Virus record (IMG/VR): IMGVR_UViG_3300023174_005819
Span: 1 to 64,000 of that record
From: a virus
Length of the DNA: 64,000 bases
Strand: one strand, 5' to 3'
Part shown: positions 27,544-38,958 of the stretch, one piece after another
Layout: each line of letters begins with the position of its first letter
How positions within the stretch are numbered: position 1 is the first letter of the stretch
Position numbers and translations under genes: made by a program
The notes under the pieces: model-generated
Told to the model about the DNA's origin: nothing
Databases searched by the model: none
The model's input: the letters and a program-made list of their open reading frames with translations, nothing else

Positions 27544-28380
27544 GTGAAAATCTGGCTCTGCGGTATTACCCAAAACGAGAAACAGAATATTGATGATATG
27601 ACAAAACATATATATCAATATTTTGATGGTTTAATTTTTGTAGATGGTGGATCAACAGATGGTACATTAGAAATATTAAATGCAAGAAAAGGCCAAGGAA
27701 AGATTGTAAACAGAGAATGGTCAAATGACCACGATATTCAAATGAATGGTTTTTTAAGAGCAAATGTAATGCAAAATGGCGATTGGTTTATTATTCGAGA
27801 TAGCTGCGAAAGATTAGATATAGATTGGGCAAAAAACTTGCGTAATTTTATAGAAAATTTTTTAGAAAAAAATAAAGTAAATAGTTGTGTTGATAGGCAA
27901 AAAGCATTTCTTGTTAAATATTTTGATGATATGATATTTCAAGGTAGCCCGCATTGGGGACTACAAGGTATGAGGCCAGGATATATTGATCTTTATGAAT
28001 ATTATAATAAAAATCAAAAAATGTTTGCATGGGAAGAAAGACCATCTCAAAGAAAGCATTATATTGATAGTGATATGAAATATTATTTTGTTTACGGAAG
28101 ATCAAATCATTGTGTTCTTCATTATTATGATAATGGAAGAACTCCAGAAAGATACCAACAACAAGAAGGCATAAGACAAAATTTTAGATCTTTTTGCGAA
28201 AGTTTAGGTATAAGATTTAATCTAGAATCATTAAAAAATTATTGGAAAAATAATCCAATTGACGAAAAAATGAAATTTTTTATCAATAACGAAAGATTAA
28301 TAAGAAGATTTTATAGATTAAATATTTTAAATCATACATTAGAAAAAATTGACTCATCAGAAGAATGGGTATTAGAATGA
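27544..28380 (+). CDS. GT2-family glycosyltransferase
   Basis: FVDGGSTDGTLE and WFIIRDSCERL. Confidence 0.75.
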   Translation: MKIWLCGITQNEKQNIDDMTKHIYQYFDGLIFVDGGSTDGTLEILNARKGQGKIVNREWSNDHDIQMNGFLRANVMQNGDWFIIRDSCERLDIDWAKNLRNFIENFLEKNKVNSCVDRQKAFLVKYFDDMIFQGSPHWGLQGMRPGYIDLYEYYNKNQKMFAWEERPSQRKHYIDSDMKYYFVYGRSNHCVLHYYDNGRTPERYQQQEGIRQNFRSFCESLGIRFNLESLKNYWKNNPIDEKMKFFINNERLIRRFYRLNILNHTLEKIDSSEEWVLE

Positions 28381-29267
28381 AATTAATTGATTGCTTTATG
28401 TTTTTTAATGAAAAAGATATTGCATATCTTAGAATTAAAGAATTATATGATGCTGTAGATTATTTTGTTATTAATGAAGCCACGAAAACTCACCAAGGGC
28501 AAGATAAAGAATTATCCTTTTGGAAGGATGACAGATTACAAGAATTTAAAGATAAAATTATTTACTCTTCAATAGATTTAGATGGAAGATTCGATTATTT
28601 AATGCCAAAATTTTTTCCAGATGCAAATATTGGCGCAAAGGAACATGAACAAAGAATAAGGCTACTCGAACAAATTGAAAAACTAAATCTATCAGATGAT
28701 GATATCGTTATGATATCGGATTGCGATGAAATTCCTAATAAAAATATATTCCAAGAAATTCTGAATTATCCAGTAGTAGCATTAAATCAAATGTTTTTTG
28801 TTCATTATATTAATATTTATACAAATAAAAATGTAACTGGAACCATAGCTTGCAAATATAAACATTTAAAACATTTAAATACTCTATGTTTTGGAATGGG
28901 TCTTCAGCTTTTAAGAAGAGATAAAGATTTTATGCCAAGGATAGAAAATGGAGGTTGGCATTATTCATATATGGGTGGACCAAAATCTGTAAGCAGAAAA
29001 GTAATCTCAACTTATGATGGAAATTTAAATTCTGAGTGGAAAACAGAAGAATCTTCTAATATGTTAATTCAAGAAAGTATAAAAAATAAAAAAAGTCCAT
29101 TCTCTCAAATGCCATTAGAATTTATAGATTTAAATATAAAAAATAAATTCATAGAATTTTTAACAGCAAAAAATGGAACATGGATTAATGCACAAGGGTG
29201 TTATCAATTTTCTCCAAATATTTTGGAAAAAGACATACAAAATCATAAACATCTTATATATGAATAA
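28377..29267 (+). CDS. GT17-like (beta-1,4-GlcNAc transferase/MGAT3-like) glycosyltransferase
   Basis: IDCFMFFNE...LRIKELYDAVDYFVINEA..TH, SDCDEIP, GGWHYSYMGG. Confidence 0.8.
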   Translation: MKLIDCFMFFNEKDIAYLRIKELYDAVDYFVINEATKTHQGQDKELSFWKDDRLQEFKDKIIYSSIDLDGRFDYLMPKFFPDANIGAKEHEQRIRLLEQIEKLNLSDDDIVMISDCDEIPNKNIFQEILNYPVVALNQMFFVHYINIYTNKNVTGTIACKYKHLKHLNTLCFGMGLQLLRRDKDFMPRIENGGWHYSYMGGPKSVSRKVISTYDGNLNSEWKTEESSNMLIQESIKNKKSPFSQMPLEFIDLNIKNKFIEFLTAKNGTWINAQGCYQFSPNILEKDIQNHKHLIYE

Positions 29268-29958
29268 TCCATTTGATTACTTTGATAGGATATATTGCAT
29301 TAATCTTCAAGAAAGAACTGATAAGTGGCAACAATGCCTACAAGAATTTACTAAATTAGGAATAGAAAATAAAGTAATTAAATTTAATGGAATTAAATTT
29401 ATAGGAGAATTACCACCACAACTAAGATGGATTAATATTCGAGCCTGTGGATGCACAGCTTCGCATAGAGAAATTATAAAAATTTGCAATAATGAAAATG
29501 TAAAAAATGTACTAGTTCTAGAAGATGATGTAGAATTTCACAATGACCCAATTAAAAATTTAAATTTATCTATAAATGAATTAAAAGATAAAGAATGGGA
29601 TATATTTTATCTTGGAATGAATGTGACAGATGAAAAATTTAAAAATCCATTAGAGCGAGTAAGTCCAAATTTATTAAAAATCAAAAGCGCTCTCACAACT
29701 CATGCGATCGCATATAACTCTTCATGCTTTAAACTTATTTTAGATCATATTCCAGAAGGTTTAAATATTATTAACTGGCAGGCAGAAAATGAATCTTATG
29801 ATGGATTTTTCATGAAACATTTCTTAAGTCAAAATAAAGCGTTTTGTACAAATGAATATTTAGCAACACAAAGAGATAGTTTTTCAGATATTAACCTTGG
29901 AAATGCAACTTATGGAAAAGCCATAATGGAAAATTTTTATAGAATGCGACCAGCATGA
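29260..29958 (+). CDS. GT25-family glycosyltransferase
   Basis: IYCINLQERTDK, GCTASH, LVLEDDV, TTHAIAY; likely start MNNPF at 29260. Confidence 0.8.
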   Translation: MNNPFDYFDRIYCINLQERTDKWQQCLQEFTKLGIENKVIKFNGIKFIGELPPQLRWINIRACGCTASHREIIKICNNENVKNVLVLEDDVEFHNDPIKNLNLSINELKDKEWDIFYLGMNVTDEKFKNPLERVSPNLLKIKSALTTHAIAYNSSCFKLILDHIPEGLNIINWQAENESYDGFFMKHFLSQNKAFCTNEYLATQRDSFSDINLGNATYGKAIMENFYRMRPA

Positions 29959-30764
29959 TAACATTTTTTCAATTAGGTAAATATGGCGCAATTGGAAATC
30001 AACTTTTTCAATATGCAACATTATATTCTATAGGCAAAATTAATAACTATGAGATTAAAATACCTAAAACAGAAGAACATTTTGATGAAGGTACAAATAG
30101 AATTCAGCATTATTTCTTAAATTGCTTTGATAATATCTCAGCTCAAATACTTACAGAGCAAGATGCTACATCAATAAAATATAAAGCATACGATGGCAAC
30201 GCGATATCTTATAATAAGGACATATTCAACATACCAGACTTCACAACATTAGAAGGATATTTTCAATCTTATAAATATTTTCATATTTTTAAAAAAAATT
30301 TAAAAGAACAATTAAAATTTAAACAATCTATTAAAAATTCTGCTGATAAAAAATATAATATAAATTATAAAGATTTTACTTCGGTTCATTTAAGATATGG
30401 AGATTATGCCCATAGACAAGATCACCATCCTATTATGGACAAGGATTATTATCAAAGAGCTTTTGATTTAATAAACTGCTCAAATTGTTTGGTTTTTTCG
30501 GATAGTATAGATTATGCTAAAAATATATTTAATGAATTTAAGGATATAAATTTTACTTATATAGAAAATAATCACGCTTTTGAAGATATGTATATCATGT
30601 CTAATTGTAAAAATAATATTTTAGCAAATAGTAGTTTTTCTTGGTGGGCAGCTTGGTTAAATGAAAATAATAAAGTTATCGCACCAAGAAATTGGCTAGG
30701 CCCAGCGTACAATGGAAAATGGAATTTAGACGATTTAATTCCAAAAGAATGGATTATTATATAA
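29955..30764 (+). CDS. GT11 alpha-1,2-fucosyltransferase-like
   Basis: GAIGNQLFQYA, GYFQSYKYF, SVHLRYGDY, ANSSFSWWAAWL. Confidence 0.88.
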   Translation: MITFFQLGKYGAIGNQLFQYATLYSIGKINNYEIKIPKTEEHFDEGTNRIQHYFLNCFDNISAQILTEQDATSIKYKAYDGNAISYNKDIFNIPDFTTLEGYFQSYKYFHIFKKNLKEQLKFKQSIKNSADKKYNINYKDFTSVHLRYGDYAHRQDHHPIMDKDYYQRAFDLINCSNCLVFSDSIDYAKNIFNEFKDINFTYIENNHAFEDMYIMSNCKNNILANSSFSWWAAWLNENNKVIAPRNWLGPAYNGKWNLDDLIPKEWIII

Positions 30765-30765
30765 T

Positions 30766-31377
30766 ATGCTTTTAATATCAGAAAAAACTTTTGAAAAAAT
30801 TTCTCCAAATATAAAGGGAGTTATTCATATTGGAGCGCATCATGGACAAGAACATGTATTATATAAAAAATATAATATAAATAAAATGATTTACTTTGAA
30901 CCTCTAAAAGATGTTTTTGAGATTTTAAAATCAAATATTAATAATGAAGGCATAGTTGTAAACAAAGCGCTTGGTAATGAAAATAAAAAAGTAATGATGA
31001 ATGTAGAGAAAAATAACCAAAGCCAATCAAGTTCAATACTTAATCCAAAAATTCATTTACAACAATATAATTGGGTACATTTTAATCATAAAGAAGAAGT
31101 AGATATGATCAAACTCGATGATTACGAAGGAGACTTATCTTTATATAACTTTATTAATATAGACATTCAAGGATACGAACTAGAAGCTCTTAAAGGGGCA
31201 TCTAAAGTATTAAATAATATTGATTATATTTTATCAGAAGTAAATCGCGCAGAAGTATACGAAGGATGCGCCCATGTAAAAGATTTATGTGATTTTTTAC
31301 ATACATATGGATTTGAATTAGAAGAGGTCTCATGGGCTGGAGAAACATGGGGAGATGGTTTATTTATAAAGAAATGA
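30766..31377 (+). CDS. FkbM-family methyltransferase
   Basis: IHIGAHHGQE, FEPL, NIDIQGYELEALKGA. Confidence 0.85.
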   Translation: MLLISEKTFEKISPNIKGVIHIGAHHGQEHVLYKKYNINKMIYFEPLKDVFEILKSNINNEGIVVNKALGNENKKVMMNVEKNNQSQSSSILNPKIHLQQYNWVHFNHKEEVDMIKLDDYEGDLSLYNFINIDIQGYELEALKGASKVLNNIDYILSEVNRAEVYEGCAHVKDLCDFLHTYGFELEEVSWAGETWGDGLFIKK

Positions 31378-32237
31378 ATAAAAAAAATTTTAATTTAATA
31401 GATAATAATTTTGCTCACGATAAATATAGTGTTGCAGGAGTAGACTCTAAACATATAGCTTGGGATAGAGAATTAAAAGATTTAAATAATCCAACATTTT
31501 ATTCTCATATTAGAATGTTAGATATACAAAAAGGCTTATCAAGCAAAGATAAATCATATGGATTTATAGTAGAATCTAGAGGGATTGAAGCCCTTGGATA
31601 TCAATTAGTAGAACCAGTTATACCATATTTTGATAAAGTTTTTACGCATAATTCTGATTTTATTAAAAAATATGAAAATTGCAAATGGATTCCTGGAGGA
31701 GGAATTTGGATTGGTGGAAGAAATGACTTACCTCATGGAGAAGGTGAAATAGAAATTTATAATAAAAATAAATTATGTTCAATGGTATCCTCTAATAAAA
31801 GAATGTGCGAATTGCATTTAGTTAGACTACAAATCATAGATTTTCTTCAAAATAATACTAAAATAGATAAATTTACTGGCGGAGGAGGACCTGGAGATGG
31901 AAATTGGCTCCCAATTTTTAGAACACTAAAAGATTATATGTTTTCAATTGTAATAGAAAATTATATAGATGATTTATATTTTACAGAAAAAATATTAAAT
32001 TGTTTTGCAACTGGTACAATTCCAATATATCTTGGCGCAAAAAATATAGGATCAATTTTTGATAAAAATGGAATATTGCAGTTTTCTTCTTTTGAAGAAT
32101 TTAATAATATTGTAAATAATTTATCAGAAGATCAATATTATTCAAGAATGGAAGCGATTAAATACAACTTTAAAAAATCTTTAGAATTTAGATCTATAGA
32201 AGATTATATATATGAAAAATATTTTATTATTGGGTAA
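31374..32237 (+). CDS. GT10-like fucosyltransferase
   Basis: YMFSIVIEN...YFTEKILNCFATGTIPIYLG (alpha-1,3-FucT motif). Confidence 0.75.
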   Translation: MNKKNFNLIDNNFAHDKYSVAGVDSKHIAWDRELKDLNNPTFYSHIRMLDIQKGLSSKDKSYGFIVESRGIEALGYQLVEPVIPYFDKVFTHNSDFIKKYENCKWIPGGGIWIGGRNDLPHGEGEIEIYNKNKLCSMVSSNKRMCELHLVRLQIIDFLQNNTKIDKFTGGGGPGDGNWLPIFRTLKDYMFSIVIENYIDDLYFTEKILNCFATGTIPIYLGAKNIGSIFDKNGILQFSSFEEFNNIVNNLSEDQYYSRMEAIKYNFKKSLEFRSIEDYIYEKYFIIG

Positions 32238-33081
32238 AGGTTATATTGGATCAAATCTTGCGGAATATTTTAAATCTAAATCAGATATAAAATCAAATAT
32301 TTATTCGAAACAAGATTTAAACTATTTAGACTTTTATACTTTAAATAAATATCTCCAGCAAAATCAATCTATTGAAATAGATTATATTATAAATTGTGCT
32401 GGATATACTGGAAGGCCAAATGTAGAAGGATGTGAAAATGATAAAGAAACTTGCTGGAAATATAATGTAAAATTACCAATTCTTTTAACAGAAGTAGCAT
32501 CTTATTGGAAGATACCTATTATTCATATTAGTAGTGGATGTGTTTATACTGGAAATGAAAAAGATTATACAGAAGAAGATGAACCAAATTTTGGAATTTA
32601 TAATCAAAATAGTAGTTTTTATAGTAAAACTAAACATGCATGCGAATTGTCATTAAAGAACACCAACTCCTATATCTTTAGAATAAGAATGCCTTTTTCA
32701 CACAAATCTTCTGAACGTAATTATATAGATAAAATATTAAAATATGAAAATCTTATAAGTTATAAAAATAGCTTAACAAATATAAACGATCTTAATGAAT
32801 TTATTTATAAATTTATAAATTTAAAAAATAAACCACAATATGGTATATATAATGTAACTAATGAAGGTTCTGCAGATGCAAAAGAAATAACAGAAATCCT
32901 TAAAAAATATAAACTACAAAATAAGAATTGGAAATTTTTTGACCAGAGCGAAATGAACTTCAAAGTTTCAAGAAGTAATTGCGTGCTTTCTACAGAAAAA
33001 ATTAAAAAATTAGATTTACAATTACCAAATATTTTTTCTAGTATTGAAAATGCAATCAGTAGATTTAAAAATGATACCTAA
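32212..33081 (+). CDS. NDP-4-keto-6-deoxyhexose reductase, RmlD-like / bifunctional 3,5-epimerase-4-reductase type
   Basis: GKGYIG, CAGYTGRPNVEGCE, SSGCVY, FYSKTK, RIRMP. Confidence 0.8.
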   Translation: MKNILLLGKGYIGSNLAEYFKSKSDIKSNIYSKQDLNYLDFYTLNKYLQQNQSIEIDYIINCAGYTGRPNVEGCENDKETCWKYNVKLPILLTEVASYWKIPIIHISSGCVYTGNEKDYTEEDEPNFGIYNQNSSFYSKTKHACELSLKNTNSYIFRIRMPFSHKSSERNYIDKILKYENLISYKNSLTNINDLNEFIYKFINLKNKPQYGIYNVTNEGSADAKEITEILKKYKLQNKNWKFFDQSEMNFKVSRSNCVLSTEKIKKLDLQLPNIFSSIENAISRFKNDT

Positions 33082-33724
33082 AATTATACATTTAATATGG
33101 TTCGGAAATAAGAAACCAGAAAAATTTGATTTCACATTAAATGAAATTAAACGAATAAATAATGATTACGAAATTAAAGAATGGAATGATAATAATATTG
33201 ATTTTGAACTAGTTCAAAAAGACTTTTTTAATAAAACTGAAAATCTAGGATCAAAATCTGATATTTTAAGATTTGAACTACTTAATAAATATGGTGGAAT
33301 TTACATGGATTATGATTTTATTCAAATTAAAAAATTTGATGAATTATTAGATTACGATTTTTTTATTGGAAGTGGAAACGAAAATGAAACATGGAATAGT
33401 ATTGTTGGTTCTATTCCAAATCATAAAATTTGTAAGGATTTTCTACATGGATTATCTAGTACTACTCCAGTAATAAAAAATGATAATGGAGATGAAGTTG
33501 GTATGGTCATGAGTAAAACTGGCCCATATTATATCCATAAAATTTATAGTCATAACAATTCTTTATCAAATATTAAACATTTAAATAAAAATTATTTTTT
33601 TCCATTTCCAGGAGGCGAAAGAGATTTAGTAAAAAATTTTGATGAACAATCAATTAATTATATTAAATCTTTCGCAACCCAAGAAACGATTTGTATACAT
33701 TTTCATACTTGTACATGGCAATGA
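33071..33724 (+). CDS. GT32 (DxD sugar-binding) glycosyltransferase
   Basis: MIPKIIHLIWFG, KSDILRFELLNKYGGIYMDYD, TGP. Confidence 0.88.
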   Translation: MIPKIIHLIWFGNKKPEKFDFTLNEIKRINNDYEIKEWNDNNIDFELVQKDFFNKTENLGSKSDILRFELLNKYGGIYMDYDFIQIKKFDELLDYDFFIGSGNENETWNSIVGSIPNHKICKDFLHGLSSTTPVIKNDNGDEVGMVMSKTGPYYIHKIYSHNNSLSNIKHLNKNYFFPFPGGERDLVKNFDEQSINYIKSFATQETICIHFHTCTWQ

Positions 33725-34563
33725 ATATATTAGAAACACCTTTCATGGTTAAAACTAACCATGAATATCCTCCAAATAATAAAATTATATTTGAAGAATA
33801 TTTTTATAATTGGTTTATAAAAAATAAACCTCAAACAACTAAAACATATTTACCAATTTTTTGGACTAACTACTATATCTCAAAAGAATATGCACAGCAA
33901 GATATATCTGAAATTGATAGATTTCTAGATACTTTAGATAAAAGCAAAGAATATTTCACAATCATTCAATGGGATGATGGTATCGTAAATCCATTTGAAT
34001 ATAAAAATATATACGTTTTTGGACAAGGAGGCGGAGGGGGTAAAAATGGTTATATTGGAAATTATTCAATTCCATTAATTTGCCAGCCAAATCCAAATAT
34101 AAAAATACAAAATAAAGATATTTTTGCTAGTTTTATAGGCGCTATACATGGTAGAAATAATCAAATTAGGGAAAAATTGTATAGCGATCTTAATAATAAA
34201 CATGGGTATTTATTTGAAAACTCTATAAGTTACGATGCGTTTTCAAATGTAATGTCTAGAAGTATTTTTTCTTTATGTCCAAGGGGATATGGAGCAACAT
34301 CTTTTAGAATATGTGAAGCTTTACAACATGAATCCATTCCAGTATATATTTCAGATAAGCCTTGGATTCCATTTAATAATATTATAAATTTTAATGATTA
34401 TGGAGTTATTATTGACATAAAAGATATTGATCATATAGATAATATTCTTAAATCTATACCTAAAGAAGAAATAGAGAAAAAAATAAATATTGGAAAAATT
34501 ATATATAATGAATATTATACATATACAGGATGCGCAGATAAAATTATAAAAATAATTAAATGA
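33721..34563 (+). CDS. GT47/exostosin-like glycosyltransferase
   Basis: SIFSLCPRGYGATSFRICEALQHESIPVYISD. Confidence 0.82.
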   Translation: MNILETPFMVKTNHEYPPNNKIIFEEYFYNWFIKNKPQTTKTYLPIFWTNYYISKEYAQQDISEIDRFLDTLDKSKEYFTIIQWDDGIVNPFEYKNIYVFGQGGGGGKNGYIGNYSIPLICQPNPNIKIQNKDIFASFIGAIHGRNNQIREKLYSDLNNKHGYLFENSISYDAFSNVMSRSIFSLCPRGYGATSFRICEALQHESIPVYISDKPWIPFNNIINFNDYGVIIDIKDIDHIDNILKSIPKEEIEKKINIGKIIYNEYYTYTGCADKIIKIIK

Positions 34564-35363
34564 AAAATGTTATAGTTTTAGCAACGGATCACAATCATAT
34601 AAAATATGTAAAATATAATATTAATAATATTAGAAGTACGCATGGAGACATTGATATAGTGGTACTACATGATAAATGTTATTCAGAAATAATTAATAAT
34701 GAGTTGAATAAATATAATATCATATCATATCCTGTTGATTGCTTAAAAATTAACGATGGGCCATTTTATATTAAATATCATTTATTCGATGTATTTTTTA
34801 AAAAATGGGAAAATATATTATATATAGATTCAGATACAATGATTTTTTCAAATTTAAATCCAATCTTTGAAATGTTAAATGAAAATAATTTATTTTTTGC
34901 AGATTATGAAAAATGTAAAGTTTTAAACTTTTTTACTTCTGATTGTCCACAAGATTTAGGAAATAATGATATATATCTTGATCTTCTTAATGAAGAAAAT
35001 ATAAATAAACAAGGATTTAATTCTGGAATTTTACTATACAAATCTTCTATTATTCAAGAAGATACAATAAGTAAATTGTATAAGTTACATGAAAAATATA
35101 TAGAAGTAAATAAACACGGCAAAGAGCAAAACATTTTATGGAAATTTAAACCTGGAACAGATCAACCAATAATAAATTTAATATTTGCTAATATAGTAAA
35201 ACAGATGCCAAATAATTATTTTTCATTTTATTCAAATATATCAGATTCTACAGTTATATCACATTTTTGTAGATGGGATGCTCCATGGTTTAATGAGCGA
35301 TATGGATATAGAATAAACATGAAATATATAGATTACTATAATCAAATGCTAAATTTAATTTAA
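34560..35363 (+). CDS. GT8-family glycosyltransferase
   Basis: ILYIDSDT, FNSGILL, DQPIINL, HF. Confidence 0.8.
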   Translation: MKNVIVLATDHNHIKYVKYNINNIRSTHGDIDIVVLHDKCYSEIINNELNKYNIISYPVDCLKINDGPFYIKYHLFDVFFKKWENILYIDSDTMIFSNLNPIFEMLNENNLFFADYEKCKVLNFFTSDCPQDLGNNDIYLDLLNEENINKQGFNSGILLYKSSIIQEDTISKLYKLHEKYIEVNKHGKEQNILWKFKPGTDQPIINLIFANIVKQMPNNYFSFYSNISDSTVISHFCRWDAPWFNERYGYRINMKYIDYYNQMLNLI

Positions 35364-35365
35364 TT

Positions 35366-36082
35366 ATGAAGAAAATCTGTATTAATTATGTTGGTCAACC
35401 TAGAACTTTTTATAAATATTATAAAAATCAATTCAAAAATTTACCTTTAAATTATAAAGATTTTGATATTCATTTTTTATTTTCTACATGGGAAAATGAA
35501 AATACAGACATATATGCAGAAAAGACTCAAGATATTAAAAAAGATATTTTTATAAAAAAATATAGTCCACCACAAAAAGAAGAATTTAATTGGGACCCAA
35601 GATTTCAACATCATCATAGTAATCCTCAGTTTCATGGTAAAGGAGTTTTTAATTATTTTTGTCAATTAAAAATTTGGAATCATTCAAACCAGACAATTTT
35701 AGAATATGAAAATAAAAATAATTTAATTTTTGATTATATAATTCAACTAAGACCTGATACATTTTTTGGATATAATGAAGAATCTGAAAACGAAACTGGC
35801 GTAAAAGATATTTCAATATATGATAACTTAGAAGATAATACTATTTATACTCCATCAGAATGTAGATTTGATGTTTATTGCTGTGGATCTGTTCCAGATC
35901 AAGTAAGATGGGCTAAAAGAGATTGTATTTTAAAATTAAATCATGCAATAGAAATAGCTGAAAAAATACAACCAGTACAATTTGAAATACATCCAGAAAG
36001 CTCTTTATTTCAAATAATAAAATATTATGGTTTCAAATTAGAATATAAAGAAGCTGCAATGACATGCGTGATTCAAACTTAA
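35366..36082 (+). CDS. putative glycosyltransferase (GxxR...RPD type)
   Basis: ICINYVGQPRTF...FDYIIQLRPD; similar to the N-terminal domain of 38959-40416. Confidence 0.5.
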   Translation: MKKICINYVGQPRTFYKYYKNQFKNLPLNYKDFDIHFLFSTWENENTDIYAEKTQDIKKDIFIKKYSPPQKEEFNWDPRFQHHHSNPQFHGKGVFNYFCQLKIWNHSNQTILEYENKNNLIFDYIIQLRPDTFFGYNEESENETGVKDISIYDNLEDNTIYTPSECRFDVYCCGSVPDQVRWAKRDCILKLNHAIEIAEKIQPVQFEIHPESSLFQIIKYYGFKLEYKEAAMTCVIQT

Positions 36083-37293
36083 AAATATTAGATTTCAATT
36101 TACAAGAAAATAAATTTTTATATCTATCTAAAGACGAAAATAATAGAGAAATAAATATTTTTTTATTACAAGATATCCAATTTACAGGAGATAATCTATT
36201 CTATCCTAATATTCTAGGATATTCTCATAAAAATAATAGAATTTATTCTTTAATTAAAGAAAAAATAATGTCTTTAGAAAAGATAAAAAAAGATAATATT
36301 TTTACAAATGAAATAAACAACATAGAGAAAAAATGTACTCAACCATTATTTTATTTCATCTACAATACAGATAATTATTTTCATTTTATTTATGATTCTT
36401 TGCCATATTTAATATCTTATTTTTCATTAAAAAAACAAATACCAAATATTAAGTTACTTATGAATTACCCGAATCAAGAAAAAAAACAATTTTACAAATT
36501 TGTTGAGGAATTTTTACAAATTTTAAAAATTGAAAAACATGATATTGTTATGGTTGATTCGGATACTGTATATTCTAATATATATGTATCAAATTCCTAT
36601 ACTCATGACTTTGATTCAAATCTACCTCCAAGAAAGGAAATATATGATTTTTATAAAAAAATATCAGACCAAGTAATAGATAATCATGATTTACCTAAAA
36701 AAATTTATATTTCTAGAAGAACATGGTTAAATAAAGATCATAGTAATATAGGAACAAATTATACAACTAGAAGAAAATTAATAAACGAAGATGATTTAGT
36801 GAAAATGTTAAATAAATACGGATACGAAGAAATATTTACGGAAAATCTATCAACAAAAGAAAAGATAGCTTTATTTAAAAATGCTACAAATGTAATTGGA
36901 GCTTTTGGGGGTGGTATATGTAATGTTTTATTTAGTAAACCCCAATGTCAATTAATAGCGATTGAATCTCCAGGTTTTTTAGATATAAATCAAAGATTTT
37001 TATTTTCTTTGAAGAATATAGATTTAAAAATATTTAAAGATACAAATCATTACGAAAAAACAAAATATAAAAAATACATGAGAGTAAAATATAATTCAAT
37101 AATTGGAGAAATTATTGAAGTAGATGGGGATTATATAACAATTGCATATACTGATAATTTTATTGCAGGGTGGAACGCTGATTTAAACTATAAAAATATA
37201 AGAGTAAAAAGTGAATTATGCCAATTACTGGACAATGGACTTAATTCAAGTTGGGAGTTAAATATCAAAAATTTAGAAAAAATATTAAATTAA
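36064..37293 (+). CDS. GT61/DUF563-like glycosyltransferase
   Basis: NYFHFIYDSLP, KIYISRR, RKLINE, IGAFGGGICN. Confidence 0.75.
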   Translation: MRDSNLKILDFNLQENKFLYLSKDENNREINIFLLQDIQFTGDNLFYPNILGYSHKNNRIYSLIKEKIMSLEKIKKDNIFTNEINNIEKKCTQPLFYFIYNTDNYFHFIYDSLPYLISYFSLKKQIPNIKLLMNYPNQEKKQFYKFVEEFLQILKIEKHDIVMVDSDTVYSNIYVSNSYTHDFDSNLPPRKEIYDFYKKISDQVIDNHDLPKKIYISRRTWLNKDHSNIGTNYTTRRKLINEDDLVKMLNKYGYEEIFTENLSTKEKIALFKNATNVIGAFGGGICNVLFSKPQCQLIAIESPGFLDINQRFLFSLKNIDLKIFKDTNHYEKTKYKKYMRVKYNSIIGEIIEVDGDYITIAYTDNFIAGWNADLNYKNIRVKSELCQLLDNGLNSSWELNIKNLEKILN

Positions 37294-37306
37294 TATATAA
37301 TATATT

Positions 37307-37930
37307 ATGACTGAAGCTATACAACAATTAAGAGAAAAAACAGTAGCCGAGAATATTGATTTTTTAAAGGATAAGTCATATTTTGAATTTGGTGTATTTG
37401 AAGGAAATTCATTATTAATGTTCTATGATTTGTATAAAAAATATTCAAACACGCAAAATGCTTTATTTTATGGATTTGATTCATTTAAAGGGCTTCCAGA
37501 AGAAACACTAGATAAAAATAATCCATCTTATTGGAATAATGGTCAATATAGTACAAGTGGAAATATTTCGCCAAATTTAAATAAAGAAAATATTATAATA
37601 GTCGAAGGTTTTTTCTCTGAGTCATTAACAGAAGCATTCGCAGCAACTCTTAATCAAAAAATCGGTCTACTTCATATAGATTGCGATATATATACATCTA
37701 CCTATCAAGCTTTAGATTTTTGTTTTAAAAATGATTTAATAGTTCCAGGAACAATTATAATGTATGATGATTGGGGTGGTTATCATGAGAAAAAAGTAAA
37801 TGAGTTTGAATGTGGAGAAGGTTTAGCTCATAAAGAAATACTAGAAAAATATAATAAAAAATGTATCTTTAAATCTAAAACAATCGTTTGGGAAAATTAT
37901 CACGAAATTAGTACTTTTGTGGTACAGTAA
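37307..37930 (+). CDS. TylF/MycF-family O-methyltransferase
   Basis: EFGVFEG, GFDSFKGLP, LLHIDCDIYTST, GTIIMYDDW. Confidence 0.85.
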   Translation: MTEAIQQLREKTVAENIDFLKDKSYFEFGVFEGNSLLMFYDLYKKYSNTQNALFYGFDSFKGLPEETLDKNNPSYWNNGQYSTSGNISPNLNKENIIIVEGFFSESLTEAFAATLNQKIGLLHIDCDIYTSTYQALDFCFKNDLIVPGTIIMYDDWGGYHEKKVNEFECGEGLAHKEILEKYNKKCIFKSKTIVWENYHEISTFVVQ

Positions 37931-37950
37931 TATTTTTTAGTTTTTATAAA

Positions 37951-38949
37951 ATGAAGAAATATACTAATATAAAATTAGTACATATTAAAAATGGTATAGA
38001 TATCGTACATAATACAAGCGAACAAAATAAAGAAGTACTTTTTGGATTTAATGATCAAAATAATTTTATTCAAGGATTAACTTATCCAACGAATATGTAT
38101 TTTGATATGGATGTTTTAAATAAAAACAATAGAGAGATCATTAACATAAAAAATAAATCATTTTTATATTATTCATTTAATTATCAAATTAGCTTCGCTC
38201 ATTATATGACTCAATGCTTACCTAAATTGAAAACATTTATTGAAAATGATGACATGCTATTAGTTATACCAGAAAGCACTTATAATCAAACATGTAAAGA
38301 TATATTGAATATTTTAAATATAAATATTAATAAAATTTTAATTGTTAAAGATGATGTAGAATATAGATTTGATGAACTATATGTAGTCGAACATATTGGT
38401 GATCAATGGGGAGGACCAGGAAATATTAATGAAGATGGTGTTAAAGTATGCGAACTAATTAGAAAAAATTTAAATATATTTCCCACAAATAAACCATATA
38501 GAAAAGTTTATTTGAAAAGAGATGGTGCGCCAAATACTACTCATGGTAATGGTGAAGTTGGAATTACAAGAAAAATATTAAATGAAGAAAAGTTAATAGA
38601 TTTTTTAAAGAACAATGAATTTGAAATAATAGAATTAGGAAGCAAATCAATAAATGATAAAAAAGAAGCGTTAAAAGATATCAAAATACTAATAACGCAA
38701 TTAGGTGCTAATTGCATGAATTTAATTTTTTCTAATAATATAGAAAATAGCATTTTTCTATCAAATGACAGACCAATTGCTGAAGCATTTTATATAAACA
38801 TGTTCAACAGATTAAGTAATAATAAAAATAATCATCATAACTTATACTATAAATCAGAAGATATTAATGCTGATCCAAAAAATGGTTGGAATAGTCCATT
38901 TATTGTAAATGTAAATGATATTAAAAATATATTAGATCAAATTCAATAA
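37951..38949 (+). CDS. GT61/DUF563-like glycosyltransferase
   Basis: FAHYMTQCLPKL, KVYLKR, RKILNE, LGANCMN. Confidence 0.7.
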   Translation: MKKYTNIKLVHIKNGIDIVHNTSEQNKEVLFGFNDQNNFIQGLTYPTNMYFDMDVLNKNNREIINIKNKSFLYYSFNYQISFAHYMTQCLPKLKTFIENDDMLLVIPESTYNQTCKDILNILNININKILIVKDDVEYRFDELYVVEHIGDQWGGPGNINEDGVKVCELIRKNLNIFPTNKPYRKVYLKRDGAPNTTHGNGEVGITRKILNEEKLIDFLKNNEFEIIELGSKSINDKKEALKDIKILITQLGANCMNLIFSNNIENSIFLSNDRPIAEAFYINMFNRLSNNKNNHHNLYYKSEDINADPKNGWNSPFIVNVNDIKNILDQIQ

Positions 38950-38958
38950 ATATTGTAT